DNA of 64,000 nt. It comes from Candidatus Multivoradales bacterium (GTDB lineage Bacteria; Acidobacteriota; Thermoanaerobaculia; Multivoradales; JAHEKO01). The stretch is from NCBI GenBank assembly GCA_965248055.1, contig CBDFIJ010000004.1, forward strand, positions 448,001 through 512,000, read 5' to 3'. Each line of letters starts with the position of its first letter. The stretch's first letter is position 1. Below the pieces are notes generated by a model. That model worked only from the letters and a program-made list of their open reading frames with translations. It searched no databases and had not been told where the DNA came from. Of this stretch, positions 17,864 to 26,787 are shown piece after piece. A program made the position numbers and the translations under genes.

Positions 17864-20278
17864 CTATTCAGCCACCAGTCCCCGAGCCGCCTCGACGATC
17901 AGCTGACTAGACGGCAAGAAATCGGCTTCCAGGGGCGGTGAATAGGGAACCGGGGTGTCAGGCGCAGTGACCCGACGAATCGGCGCGTCAAGGTCATAGA
18001 AGGATTGCTCTATGACCCGCGCAGCGATTTCTCCGGCCACGCCGCCGCGCCCAGTGTCTTCATGCACCACCAGCAGTCGGTGGGTGCGCGCCAGAGAAGC
18101 CAGGACGGTTGCTTCATCCAGCGGCCATAGAGTTCTCAAATCGACCACTTCCGCCTCGATACCGTCTTGCTCAGACAGTCGTTGCGCGGCGTGCAGACTG
18201 CGCCAAACCATGGCCCCATAGCTAACGATGGTGAGATCGCTTCCAGATCGTCGAACCGACGCTTTGCCGATCGGCGTTTGCCAGTCGGCACCCGCTGGCA
18301 CTTCCTCTCGTACATCTTTGCTGAAAAATCCGTACAGACCCTTGGATTCCAGATAGAGCACCGGGTTGGGGTCGCGAATCGCCGCCAGCATCAAGCCCTT
18401 GGCGTCGCGCGGAGTCGACGGCGCGACGATCTTCCATCCTGGGGCGCGCAGGAACCACATTTCTGGGCATTGGCTGTGAAACGGACCACCGCCGAGTAGC
18501 TTGTCTTCACCCGCTGTGGCCGCGCCGTAGGGCAGCCGTACCACCATCGGTACCGGCTTTCCCCAGCGCCAGTAAAGCTTGGCGGCGTTGTTGACCAAGG
18601 CGTTGAATCCTGGGGCGAGAAAGTCCGCAAATTGCATCTCGGCCACCGGTCGCAACCCAGAGATCGCCGCTCCGACCGCGCAGCCGACGATCGCTGACTC
18701 TGCCAAAGGTGTGTTGACACAGCGCTCAGCCCCAAAACGTTTGGCGAGCCCACGGGTGACGCCAAAAGCGCCGCCGTATCTACCGCCGACGTCTTCTCCC
18801 AGCACCACAACCCGCGAATCTGCCTCCATCGCATCCGCCAAAGCCGAACGCACCGCCTCGTCGTAGGCCATCGACTTGCCCCCAGTCGGCGAGCCAAGCG
18901 GAAGATCGGGGCTAGCCGAAGGGGCGAACTCTCGTCCCAGGTAGTCCGCCGGAGTCGGCCATGCAGCGTTGGCAGTCGCTTCTATTGCGCTGGCGACCTG
19001 GTCGTTAGCCTGCTGGTAGATCTCGTCCTTGGCCGTGTCGTTCAACAGTCCTAGGTCGCGCAACCGCCGTTCATAGAGGGCCAGGGGATCCAAGGCTTCC
19101 CAGGCTTGCCGTTCGGCCCGATCTTCATAGCCATCAACCCCTATTTCAGGGTTGCCGTGGAAACGGTCATCGTCGTGGTGGGCGTGCCCCGGCCTGCGAT
19201 AGGTCACCAGTTCGATCAGGCTGGGGCCGTCTCCCGCTCGCGCTCGCTCAGCAGACCAAGACACCGCGGCGGCGATCTCGTCGGGATCGTTGCCAAAAAC
19301 CGTCATTCCGGGAATGCCGTAGCCAGCCGCGCGCAAGGCAAATCGATCGGCAGCGGTCTGCTCTCCGACATGGGTGCCCAGGGCCCACTGATTGTTTTCA
19401 ATCACAAAGACCGCGGGCAACTTGCGGACTCCGGCGAAATTGACCGCCTCATGCCACTCCCCGAGGCTCGACCCACCGTCACCAATAAAGCTGACGCAAA
19501 CCCGAGGCTGTTGCAGGTACTGAGCGGCAAAGGCCAGGCCGATGGAAGTCTGAGTGGCAATCGCCAAGGGCGCAGCGGGCGGCAAGATTCCCCAGTCCAA
19601 ATCACCGATGTGCAAATCACGCCCGTTCATCGGCGTGCCCACTTTGCCCGCTTGCACCCGGGCAACCACCTCGGCATCCGGGCGAAACATCAGCGCCGCG
19701 CCCAGATCGCGAATCAACGGACAAATCACGTCGCCTTGATATTCAAACCCAGGCTGATAACTGGGAGGACGCCTTAACCGGAGTGCGGCCCCGACAATCG
19801 CCTCTTGGCCGGTGGACTGAAATCCTTTTTGCGGCGAAGGGTGATCCTGCCACTTCACTTTCCTGTCATCGAACGCCTTTTTGAGCGCTCGATCCAGGCT
19901 TCGGGTCAACACCATTCGCTGATACATCAGTTGCCGTTCTTGGTCAGTGATCGACTGCCGTAACCGACGACGGGCAAAGAAACCACGGATCGAAACCGTC
20001 AATCGGGACTGGTATTGTTGACAAGGATCAGCGGTCGAGGCGCCCAAAGTAGCGTTCACCCCAGCGCTTGAGCAATCCTCCGCGACCGACGAAAGCAAGG
20101 TGCCCTCAAGTTCATCTGCGGCCATAGAGTCGGTAACGCGGCCAATCAACCAAGGTGCTTCGAGAGCCAGGAACCTGCGAGCCTCGTCAGCCAAAGCTGG
20201 CACGACAACGGAGCCAGCGAGATCAGTGGTGCGGTTGCTGTCGTGAGACGAGTCGGTGGTGGTTTGATCCTCAGACAT
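17864..20278 (-). CDS. Fused 2-oxoacid dehydrogenase E1 alpha/beta with N-terminal extension
   Basis: TPP motif FIGDGG...ENNQW, YRRPGHAHHD; beta part GEDVG, NTPLAE, EMQFADF, HSQCPE, VDLRTLWPLD. Confidence 0.93.
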   Translation of the reverse strand: MSEDQTTTDSSHDSNRTTDLAGSVVVPALADEARRFLALEAPWLIGRVTDSMAADELEGTLLSSVAEDCSSAGVNATLGASTADPCQQYQSRLTVSIRGFFARRRLRQSITDQERQLMYQRMVLTRSLDRALKKAFDDRKVKWQDHPSPQKGFQSTGQEAIVGAALRLRRPPSYQPGFEYQGDVICPLIRDLGAALMFRPDAEVVARVQAGKVGTPMNGRDLHIGDLDWGILPPAAPLAIATQTSIGLAFAAQYLQQPRVCVSFIGDGGSSLGEWHEAVNFAGVRKLPAVFVIENNQWALGTHVGEQTAADRFALRAAGYGIPGMTVFGNDPDEIAAAVSWSAERARAGDGPSLIELVTYRRPGHAHHDDDRFHGNPEIGVDGYEDRAERQAWEALDPLALYERRLRDLGLLNDTAKDEIYQQANDQVASAIEATANAAWPTPADYLGREFAPSASPDLPLGSPTGGKSMAYDEAVRSALADAMEADSRVVVLGEDVGGRYGGAFGVTRGLAKRFGAERCVNTPLAESAIVGCAVGAAISGLRPVAEMQFADFLAPGFNALVNNAAKLYWRWGKPVPMVVRLPYGAATAGEDKLLGGGPFHSQCPEMWFLRAPGWKIVAPSTPRDAKGLMLAAIRDPNPVLYLESKGLYGFFSKDVREEVPAGADWQTPIGKASVRRSGSDLTIVSYGAMVWRSLHAAQRLSEQDGIEAEVVDLRTLWPLDEATVLASLARTHRLLVVHEDTGRGGVAGEIAARVIEQSFYDLDAPIRRVTAPDTPVPYSPPLEADFLPSSQLIVEAARGLVAE

Positions 20279-20315
20279 GCGCCGCCGCAGTATATCCAGA
20301 TGTCACGAGGAATCC

Positions 20316-20340
20316 GGAACCCGCAGAGCTGCCATGCGTT
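20316..20340 (+). promoter_or_regulatory. Putative ECF sigma promoter GGAAC-N16-CGTT
   Basis: GGAAC (20316-20320), 16-nt spacer, CGTT (20337-20340), immediately upstream of the ECF sigma gene. Confidence 0.65.
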
Positions 20341-20347
20341 ATAGAGA

Positions 20348-20998
20348 ATGAAGGGTCGAAACCTGATGACCAATGACCTACCGTTCAATCGTCAAACAAG
20401 GACTCAACAGCCAGTCTCCATGATTTCCACCACCACTCTAGACGTCGCTTCCGACGGTCAACTTCTAGATCGATCGCGCTCCGGAGACGGAGAAGCCTTT
20501 CGCGTCTTGGTAGAGCGTCACCAGGGACAACTGGTGGGTTATTTAACCCGCATGGTCGGCTGCCATTCTCAAGCTCAAGACTTTGCCCAGGAAGCTTTCT
20601 TGCGCATCTACTCGCGCGCCCACAAGTATCAAGAACAAGGTCAGTTTCAGTCTTATTTGTATCGCACCGCCATCAACTTGGTGCGTTCAGCGGTGCGTAA
20701 ATCCAAGACTCGGGAAGCGGTCGCGACCTTGATGCCCGCCGCTCCGGAAAGTACCGCGGCCGAGCAGCACCAACGGGTGCAACGCCAAGAATTGCGCGAG
20801 GAAATCCGACAAGCGGTGGCCAAACTACCGCTCAAGTTTCGTGAGCCCTTGGTCTTGTACGAAATGGAAGAATGGCCTTACCAACAAATCGCAGAGCACC
20901 TCGGGTGCCGTACCGGCACCGTTAAATCGAGAATCCATCGAGCACGTTCGATGGTCCGTCATTCGATGACGGATTACGTGAACGGAGAAACGTCATGA
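20348..20998 (+). CDS. RNA polymerase ECF sigma-70 factor
   Basis: Region 2 AQDFAQEAFLR...FQSYLYRTAIN; region 4 LP...REPLVL...Y.QIAE.LG...GTVKSRIHRAR. Alternative ATGs downstream (e.g. 20420). Confidence 0.93.
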   Translation: MKGRNLMTNDLPFNRQTRTQQPVSMISTTTLDVASDGQLLDRSRSGDGEAFRVLVERHQGQLVGYLTRMVGCHSQAQDFAQEAFLRIYSRAHKYQEQGQFQSYLYRTAINLVRSAVRKSKTREAVATLMPAAPESTAAEQHQRVQRQELREEIRQAVAKLPLKFREPLVLYEMEEWPYQQIAEHLGCRTGTVKSRIHRARSMVRHSMTDYVNGETS

Positions 20999-21429
20999 GT
21001 CAACGCACCGAATCGCAATGGGACGAAGAAATTCGCGCGGCTATCCGTGAGCCGATCGCCGACCTGGGTTCGAATTTCACCCGCTCCGTGATGAACCGAG
21101 TCGGCGACGGTCCGGCAGCCACAGCCTGGTGGTCTTACGGCCCTTTGGTGGGTGCTGCGGCGGCTATGGCCGTAGCGATCGCCCTGTTTCTAGTTCCGCG
21201 TACAGATTCCACAATACAAACTTCTGCGGCGGAGCAAATTCAGAGCTTGGTGCAAGAACAGCAGGCGCTCCAGCGAGAACTGCGGGACCTGCGTCATTTG
21301 CGCGCCAGTGCCGCTCCGGTCGTCTATTTGGGCGGCGACGAGAGTGTCGAATTCGTCTACGCCCTCGATAACCCGCGGACCGGCTACGGCTCAACCCGTA
21401 CTGCTGACTATCGGCCAACTCGAAACTAG
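20995..21429 (+). CDS. Putative single-pass anti-sigma factor
   Basis: ATGA-coupled to the sigma gene, FTRSVM motif, one TM helix, short coiled-coil periplasmic tail. Confidence 0.7.
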   Translation: MSQRTESQWDEEIRAAIREPIADLGSNFTRSVMNRVGDGPAATAWWSYGPLVGAAAAMAVAIALFLVPRTDSTIQTSAAEQIQSLVQEQQALQRELRDLRHLRASAAPVVYLGGDESVEFVYALDNPRTGYGSTRTADYRPTRN

Positions 21430-21470
21430 ATCTAAACACCCTCGAGCACCCCTGTTAGGAGATATGCACC

Positions 21471-22232
21471 ATGAAAACCTTTCTTTTCACTCTCTCAGCC
21501 CTACTTGCCGTGGCGAGCGCGGCGCAAGCCCAGCCGAAGGCCGCTCCGGAACACAAAGTTATCCGTGAAATTATCATCGCTGACGGTGAGGGGCCCCACC
21601 TACTCACTGTGCAAAGGGGCTTTCTCGGGGTCTCGATGTCCGACCTGACCTCTGACCTCCTAGAGCACTTTGAGGTCGACGCTGATGCTGGGGTGATGAT
21701 CTCTTCGCTGGTCGAAGACGGACCGGCAGAACGCGCAGGAATCCAAGTTGGCGACATCCTGGTTGAGATCGACGGTGAGTCAATCGGCAGCCAGGGTCAA
21801 GTAGCGCTCCACGTCGGCCGCATGGACCCGGGCTCGGAAATCCAAGTTGCCGTGGTCCGCGATCGTCAACCCTTGACCTTGACGGTTGAGGTAGGAGAGC
21901 GGGAGCGCGGTCAAGTTCCCGTCAACTGGTTCTCTAACGTCGATATCGATATTGGCGAAGTCCCCCAGCCTGGCCATGTCTATCGCTACAAATTCAGCAC
22001 GGGTCCTGGCGAAGAGGATGAGATTGTCCTCAATGGCGCACCCTTGATGGAAGTGATCGAGCAGATGCGCGAGCGGGTCGAGGCACCTGAGTTCCAGGAG
22101 CGCATCGAATTCTTTCGCTCCCACAACACCGAGCTTGAGAGCCGATTGCAAGAGATGGAGCAACGGCTAGCAGATATGGGCGTTCGATTGGCCGAAGCTC
22201 TCAGTAAACTGACGGAAGAAAACGACCAGTAG
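21471..22232 (+). CDS. Periplasmic PDZ-domain protein with C-terminal coiled coil
   Basis: AGGAG RBS, signal peptide, RGFLGV...GV.I..L..DGPAERAGIQVGDIL..IDG. Confidence 0.88.
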   Translation: MKTFLFTLSALLAVASAAQAQPKAAPEHKVIREIIIADGEGPHLLTVQRGFLGVSMSDLTSDLLEHFEVDADAGVMISSLVEDGPAERAGIQVGDILVEIDGESIGSQGQVALHVGRMDPGSEIQVAVVRDRQPLTLTVEVGERERGQVPVNWFSNVDIDIGEVPQPGHVYRYKFSTGPGEEDEIVLNGAPLMEVIEQMRERVEAPEFQERIEFFRSHNTELESRLQEMEQRLADMGVRLAEALSKLTEENDQ

Positions 22233-22263
22233 ATCGTCGTCACAGCGGCCCGTTTTCCTAAGC

Positions 22264-22320
22264 ACGGCCTTCGGGACTCCTGTTCGCCTAAGCGAACGGG
22301 GCCTCGCAGGCCGTTTTCTT
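22264..22320 (+). terminator. Long imperfect hairpin with T tract (terminator or REP-like)
   Basis: acggcct...aggccgt outer stem, tgttcgc-ctaa-gcgaacg inner stem, followed by tttctt. Confidence 0.6.
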
Positions 22321-22393
22321 ATGGTCAACCGGTTCCCTCAACCTAGAAGCTGACTTCGCTTCGATAGACTGGCTCTCTCTCCAATCAAGAGCT

Positions 22394-23080
22394 ATGCCTC
22401 TTGAAGCCATGCATCCCGCCGCGCCAGCCAATCCCTCAATCACCGCAGTAATCCCTGCCTGTGGTTGGTCGACCCGCATGGAGCCCAGGTCGAGACCAGG
22501 GTCGGAGTCGGGGCTAGGATCTAAGACAGGGTCGAAGCTGTTGCTGCCTTTCGCTGAGTCCACGGTGCTGGGCGCTACCTGCGACGCACTGATTCGAGGC
22601 GGCACTAGCGAGATCGTGGTCGTAGTCCGCGATGACGATGCCCCCCTGCGTTCGTGGATCGAACAGCACGGCTTATCCAGCGTCATCAATCCGCAGCCGA
22701 TCCGGGGAATGCTCTCCTCGATCCAGGCGGGCCTGGAGTCACTCAACGAAGCCACATCATCGGGCGATTCGAAGGTCGACATTCTGGTGACTCCGGGTGA
22801 TCTTCCCCTGCTGGGCGCAAGCAGCGTCCGCGCGGTGTTGAAATGTTCCCTAGACAACCCAGATCTACTGATCGTCCCCACCCACGGCGGACGCCGCGGC
22901 CATCCGCTGTTGATCCCCAGTAGACGGATCGCGGAGGTCTTTCAGCTTGATCTCAAGGTCGGATTGCGTCAGCTACTCCAGCGAGATCCCGACCGCGTTC
23001 GCGAAGTAGCGGTAGATACTCCAGGAATCTACTTGGACATCGACACCGTTCAGGATTACCGAAAGTTGCTGGCAATGTGA
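22394..23080 (+). CDS. Nucleotidyltransferase, MocA-like (molybdenum cofactor cytidylyltransferase family)
   Basis: IPACGWSTRM...KLLLPF, GMLSSIQAG, PGDLP, RGHPLL, DIDT.QDY. Confidence 0.85.
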   Translation: MPLEAMHPAAPANPSITAVIPACGWSTRMEPRSRPGSESGLGSKTGSKLLLPFAESTVLGATCDALIRGGTSEIVVVVRDDDAPLRSWIEQHGLSSVINPQPIRGMLSSIQAGLESLNEATSSGDSKVDILVTPGDLPLLGASSVRAVLKCSLDNPDLLIVPTHGGRRGHPLLIPSRRIAEVFQLDLKVGLRQLLQRDPDRVREVAVDTPGIYLDIDTVQDYRKLLAM

Positions 23081-23132
23081 CACCAAGAACGATCAAGGGC
23101 ATCGAATCGATTGCCCATCTAGGGGGCGCAGC

Positions 23133-23933
23133 TTATTTCACGCCACGCGCTGGCAGGTTCTTGGCCACCACCGCACCGACCAGAATTGAGTAGCCAAGCA
23201 TGTACAACCAGAGCAACAGGATCAGCCATCCCGCGACGAAGCCGTAAAACAGGGTGTATCGAGCGTAGGTCGCCAAGTAGACGCGAAATCCAGCCGAGGC
23301 CACCCACCAGATGGCCGAGGAAGCTAGGGCACCCGCAGCCAGCCGGCGCAACGAGGGCCGAGTCAGGTGATTGGGCATCACCGCATAAACGGCGAACAAC
23401 ACCACCGAGAGACTGACGTAGAGCAAGGTCGAATGGCCACTACCCCACAGAACATTGAGCACCTGAATACGGGTCGAAGCGACAGCAAACAAAGAGGCCC
23501 ACACCGCAACCGCCAATCCGATCGCCAAGACAAAAGCCATCGCCACCAGCCGTCGATGCCACCAGCGCCGTGCTTCCGGAACGCCGAAGATCCGATTGAG
23601 CCCCTCGGTCAGGGTGACCAACAAATTGGAACCCGACCATAGGAACAGAAAAACTGCCGCCACCAGCAACTCGGGATGGACCGAACTGACCACCTCTTCG
23701 ACATAGCGCGACATGTACTCAGCGGTTTCCCGGGGCACCACGCTCAATAATTGGTCCAAAGCCCAAGAGGAGATCGTCTCTCTGCCAAACAGGCCCGCCA
23801 GGGAAAACAGCACCAGCAAAAAGGGAAATAGCGAGATCAGCAGGAAATAGGCGATCTTGGCCGCCTCGTCAGAAAGGCGTTGATGGTAGATCTCGCGAAT
23901 CAACCCCTCAACCCATCGGGCGAATGCTTTCAA
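23133..23933 (-). CDS. YihY/BrkB family membrane protein
   Basis: AAKIAYF.L.SLFP, LNRIFG, Y..MPN, YG...G..ILLLWLY. Confidence 0.9.
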   Translation of the reverse strand: MKAFARWVEGLIREIYHQRLSDEAAKIAYFLLISLFPFLLVLFSLAGLFGRETISSWALDQLLSVVPRETAEYMSRYVEEVVSSVHPELLVAAVFLFLWSGSNLLVTLTEGLNRIFGVPEARRWWHRRLVAMAFVLAIGLAVAVWASLFAVASTRIQVLNVLWGSGHSTLLYVSLSVVLFAVYAVMPNHLTRPSLRRLAAGALASSAIWWVASAGFRVYLATYARYTLFYGFVAGWLILLLWLYMLGYSILVGAVVAKNLPARGVK

Positions 23934-24036
23934 CGGCGTTCCCCCTCAACCATCGTGTGCCGCGCCAGCATTGGGGGAGTATAGGGCGAGGCGCACCTTG
24001 ACTGTCGATCACGGTAGGATTCGCGTCGGAGGAACG

Positions 24037-25245
24037 ATGAAGATCCACGCATTTCACGGGCAGAGATTCGCCCAGAAACACGGCGACCCAGGCGATTGGG
24101 CAGCTCCACCCTTTGATCAGATCAGCGCAGCCCTGGGTGCGCGACTACGCCAAGATCCAAACCACTTCGCTCACTTAACCCGACCGGATCCGACCGCAGA
24201 GGATTCACATGGTCTGTCGCAAACAACGCTTCAAGGCTGGGTCGAACAGGGGCACGTAATTTCTGAAACCAGCCCCTGCCTGTACCTCTACGAAACCGAA
24301 CTCCGCGGTGGCGGATCTCGACTCGGCCTGTGTGCTTTGGCAGAGGTTGGTCACGGAGATATTCGGCCCCACGAGCAGACGGTCGACAAGACGGTCGAAG
24401 AACGATTGGCCCTACTGCGCAGAGTTGCCACCGATCTGGAACCGGTCTTTCTGTTGGTCGACGATGGTGGGCGCCTCAACCGACTGCTGGCTTCCGAGTC
24501 TTCAGAGCGCGCGGTCCGTACTGAGGATGCCGACGGCAACCTTCACTCGATCCAGCCGATTGGCAGTCGCATCGATGACTACAAGGATGCCCTGGAGGGC
24601 ATAGACGGGCTAATCGCCGATGGACATCACCGGACGCGGGTCGCTACACTGCACGCACAACAAACCGGTGCGCTGGGCAGCAGTGCTGCAGGATGCAAGT
24701 TGGTCATCATCGTCAGCTTGGCTTCACCAGGACTGACCATCGACCCGATTCATCGCGCATGGATAGACCCTATCGAACTGGAATTGATGGAGCGATTTGT
24801 GGTCACCCGTGCTACCGCCATCAGTCCCAATGCTGCCGAGTTTTGCCAGCAGGTAGCGGGCGGCTCTGGGCCGACCGTCGGCGTTTGGCAAAGGTCCCGC
24901 ACCCCCGAAATCTGGACCCTGGACGCAGAGGCGATTCGCGCCGAATCTGCCTCCCCGGTGCCCGATCTCCCGGTGGCCCTATTTCACGCCGCCTTCCCCG
25001 CTCTCGGCTGGGATCCAACTTCGGCAACCGACGGCACCATCACATATCGATCCAACCCCAAACGATTAGCGCAAGAAATGGACGCCGGTGCGTTCGCAGC
25101 CTCGCTCTGGCTGCCCCCAATGTCGGCCGAAGCTTTCTGTAAGGCCTTGGAAGTGGTCCAGGTGCTACCGCCCAAGTCGACCCGATTTCTGCCCAAATTG
25201 GTCTCTGGAATGGTCTGGAGCCCGCACCATCAGGACATTTTGTAG
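24037..25245 (+). CDS. DUF1015 family protein
   Basis: GGAGG RBS, APPFD.I, IRPHEQT, LIADGHHR, LPPKSTRF.PKL.SG. Confidence 0.88.
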   Translation: MKIHAFHGQRFAQKHGDPGDWAAPPFDQISAALGARLRQDPNHFAHLTRPDPTAEDSHGLSQTTLQGWVEQGHVISETSPCLYLYETELRGGGSRLGLCALAEVGHGDIRPHEQTVDKTVEERLALLRRVATDLEPVFLLVDDGGRLNRLLASESSERAVRTEDADGNLHSIQPIGSRIDDYKDALEGIDGLIADGHHRTRVATLHAQQTGALGSSAAGCKLVIIVSLASPGLTIDPIHRAWIDPIELELMERFVVTRATAISPNAAEFCQQVAGGSGPTVGVWQRSRTPEIWTLDAEAIRAESASPVPDLPVALFHAAFPALGWDPTSATDGTITYRSNPKRLAQEMDAGAFAASLWLPPMSAEAFCKALEVVQVLPPKSTRFLPKLVSGMVWSPHHQDIL

Positions 25246-25250
25246 CGCCG

Positions 25251-25655
25251 ATGCCCGCCTATCAGGACCAGCAGGGACGCCCGGTGGTCGAGTTTCGCGG
25301 CGATCTCGAAGTCTCTCCATTCTCGGTCTTTCGCGCCCTGCGGGATGGTACTGAGCTGTTGCTGGTAGACGTTCGTGAGAATCCGCAAGCCTTGACACTG
25401 AGCGGCTCGATGCGCATGCCGGATCCGGCTTGGGCCCCCGAAAGCGAGTCTCCACGGGTGATCTTGTTTGACGATGACGGTTCAGCGGCGTTGACCGAAG
25501 TCTCCCGGCTACATCGGGCAGGTTATGAGACCGTGCGTGCCTTATTCGGTGGTTTGGAGCTCTACGCATTCGCCCTCGACCCACAAGTGGTAGGAGAACA
25601 AACCTATCTGATCCAGATCGAAGACTTGTCGACCAACCCGCCAGCAGACGCCTAG
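25251..25655 (+). CDS. Rhodanese-like domain protein (no active-site Cys)
   Basis: LLVDVRE, L.RAGY..V.AL.GG; loop reads LFDDDG. Confidence 0.75.
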   Translation: MPAYQDQQGRPVVEFRGDLEVSPFSVFRALRDGTELLLVDVRENPQALTLSGSMRMPDPAWAPESESPRVILFDDDGSAALTEVSRLHRAGYETVRALFGGLELYAFALDPQVVGEQTYLIQIEDLSTNPPADA

Positions 25656-25740
25656 TCGCTTTTTTTCGGAAACCGGTTGTGCGGCGAATTGCTTCAGAAA
25701 GTGGCTTCCGCGGAACCCGTCGTGAAAGGGCAGTCAGCTC

Positions 25741-26787
25741 TTAGCCGACCACTCCGTCCGCTCCCACGGTCCAGGTTTCTCCCGAGTAGACCAAGTCCTC
25801 CAAGGTACCTGCGCCCAGGCGCTCGGTTTCGTGGGACATTTGGTCGACTACCGCTTCTTCATAGACTGGAGTATCGACCGCGCGAAAGACACCAATCGGA
25901 GTCGGGAAGTCAGGGGGCAGCATCTGCGCCATCATGAAGGCCAGGGCGGGATTGGCTCGGTCTTGATCCCAAACCAAACAGTCCTCAGGGCCCACCGCGC
26001 CGCCAAATTCAATCACCTCAAGATCGTGCCCCGAAAGCCGGATGCCTCGATCTTGGTTCTCACCAAACACCAACGGCTCTCCGTGCTTAAGTTCCAAAGT
26101 GTTAGCGGTCTTTTCTTCCTTGTCGGTCATGTAGCTAAAGGCGTTGTCATTGAAAATGTTGCAGTTCTGGTAGATCTCGATAAACGCAGTGCCCTTGTGT
26201 GCTGCCGCCTGCTGCAACACCGATTTCAAGTGTGGTTGGAATATATCCACCGCGCGGGCGACGAAAGTCGCCCCCGCACCGATCGCCAGAGACAACGGAT
26301 TGAAAGGGTTATCAACCGATCCAACCGGGCTCGACTTGGTGCGCTTGCCAACCTCAGAGGTCGGCGAAAATTGGCCCTTGGTCAAACCGTAGATGCGGTT
26401 GTTGAACAACAGCACTTTGAGACCGATATTGCGGCGCAACATGTGGATCAGGTGATTGCCACCAATCGACATCGCGTCACCGTCACCGGTAGCGACCCAA
26501 ACTTCTAGGTCCGGTCGAGCCAATTTGAGTCCCGACGCCACCGCCGGCGCTCGCCCATGGATCGAGTGAAAACCGTACGTGTTCATGTAGTAGGGGAAAC
26601 GACTGGAACAGCCGATGCCCGAAACCACCACGAAGTTTTCTTTCGGGATCCCCAGTTGCGGAAAGACCTGTTGCACTGCGCTCAAGATCGCGTAGTCACC
26701 ACAACCAGGGCACCAACGCACTTCTTGGTCGGACTTGAAATCCTTGGCTTTGAGTTGCGGAGTTTCTTGCTCAGCACTAGTGGACAT
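25741..26787 (-). CDS. korB: 2-oxoacid:ferredoxin oxidoreductase beta subunit
   Basis: WCPGCGD, SGIGCSSR, HGRA, GDGD, NNRIYGLTKGQ. Confidence 0.93.
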   Translation of the reverse strand: MSTSAEQETPQLKAKDFKSDQEVRWCPGCGDYAILSAVQQVFPQLGIPKENFVVVSGIGCSSRFPYYMNTYGFHSIHGRAPAVASGLKLARPDLEVWVATGDGDAMSIGGNHLIHMLRRNIGLKVLLFNNRIYGLTKGQFSPTSEVGKRTKSSPVGSVDNPFNPLSLAIGAGATFVARAVDIFQPHLKSVLQQAAAHKGTAFIEIYQNCNIFNDNAFSYMTDKEEKTANTLELKHGEPLVFGENQDRGIRLSGHDLEVIEFGGAVGPEDCLVWDQDRANPALAFMMAQMLPPDFPTPIGVFRAVDTPVYEEAVVDQMSHETERLGAGTLEDLVYSGETWTVGADGVVG

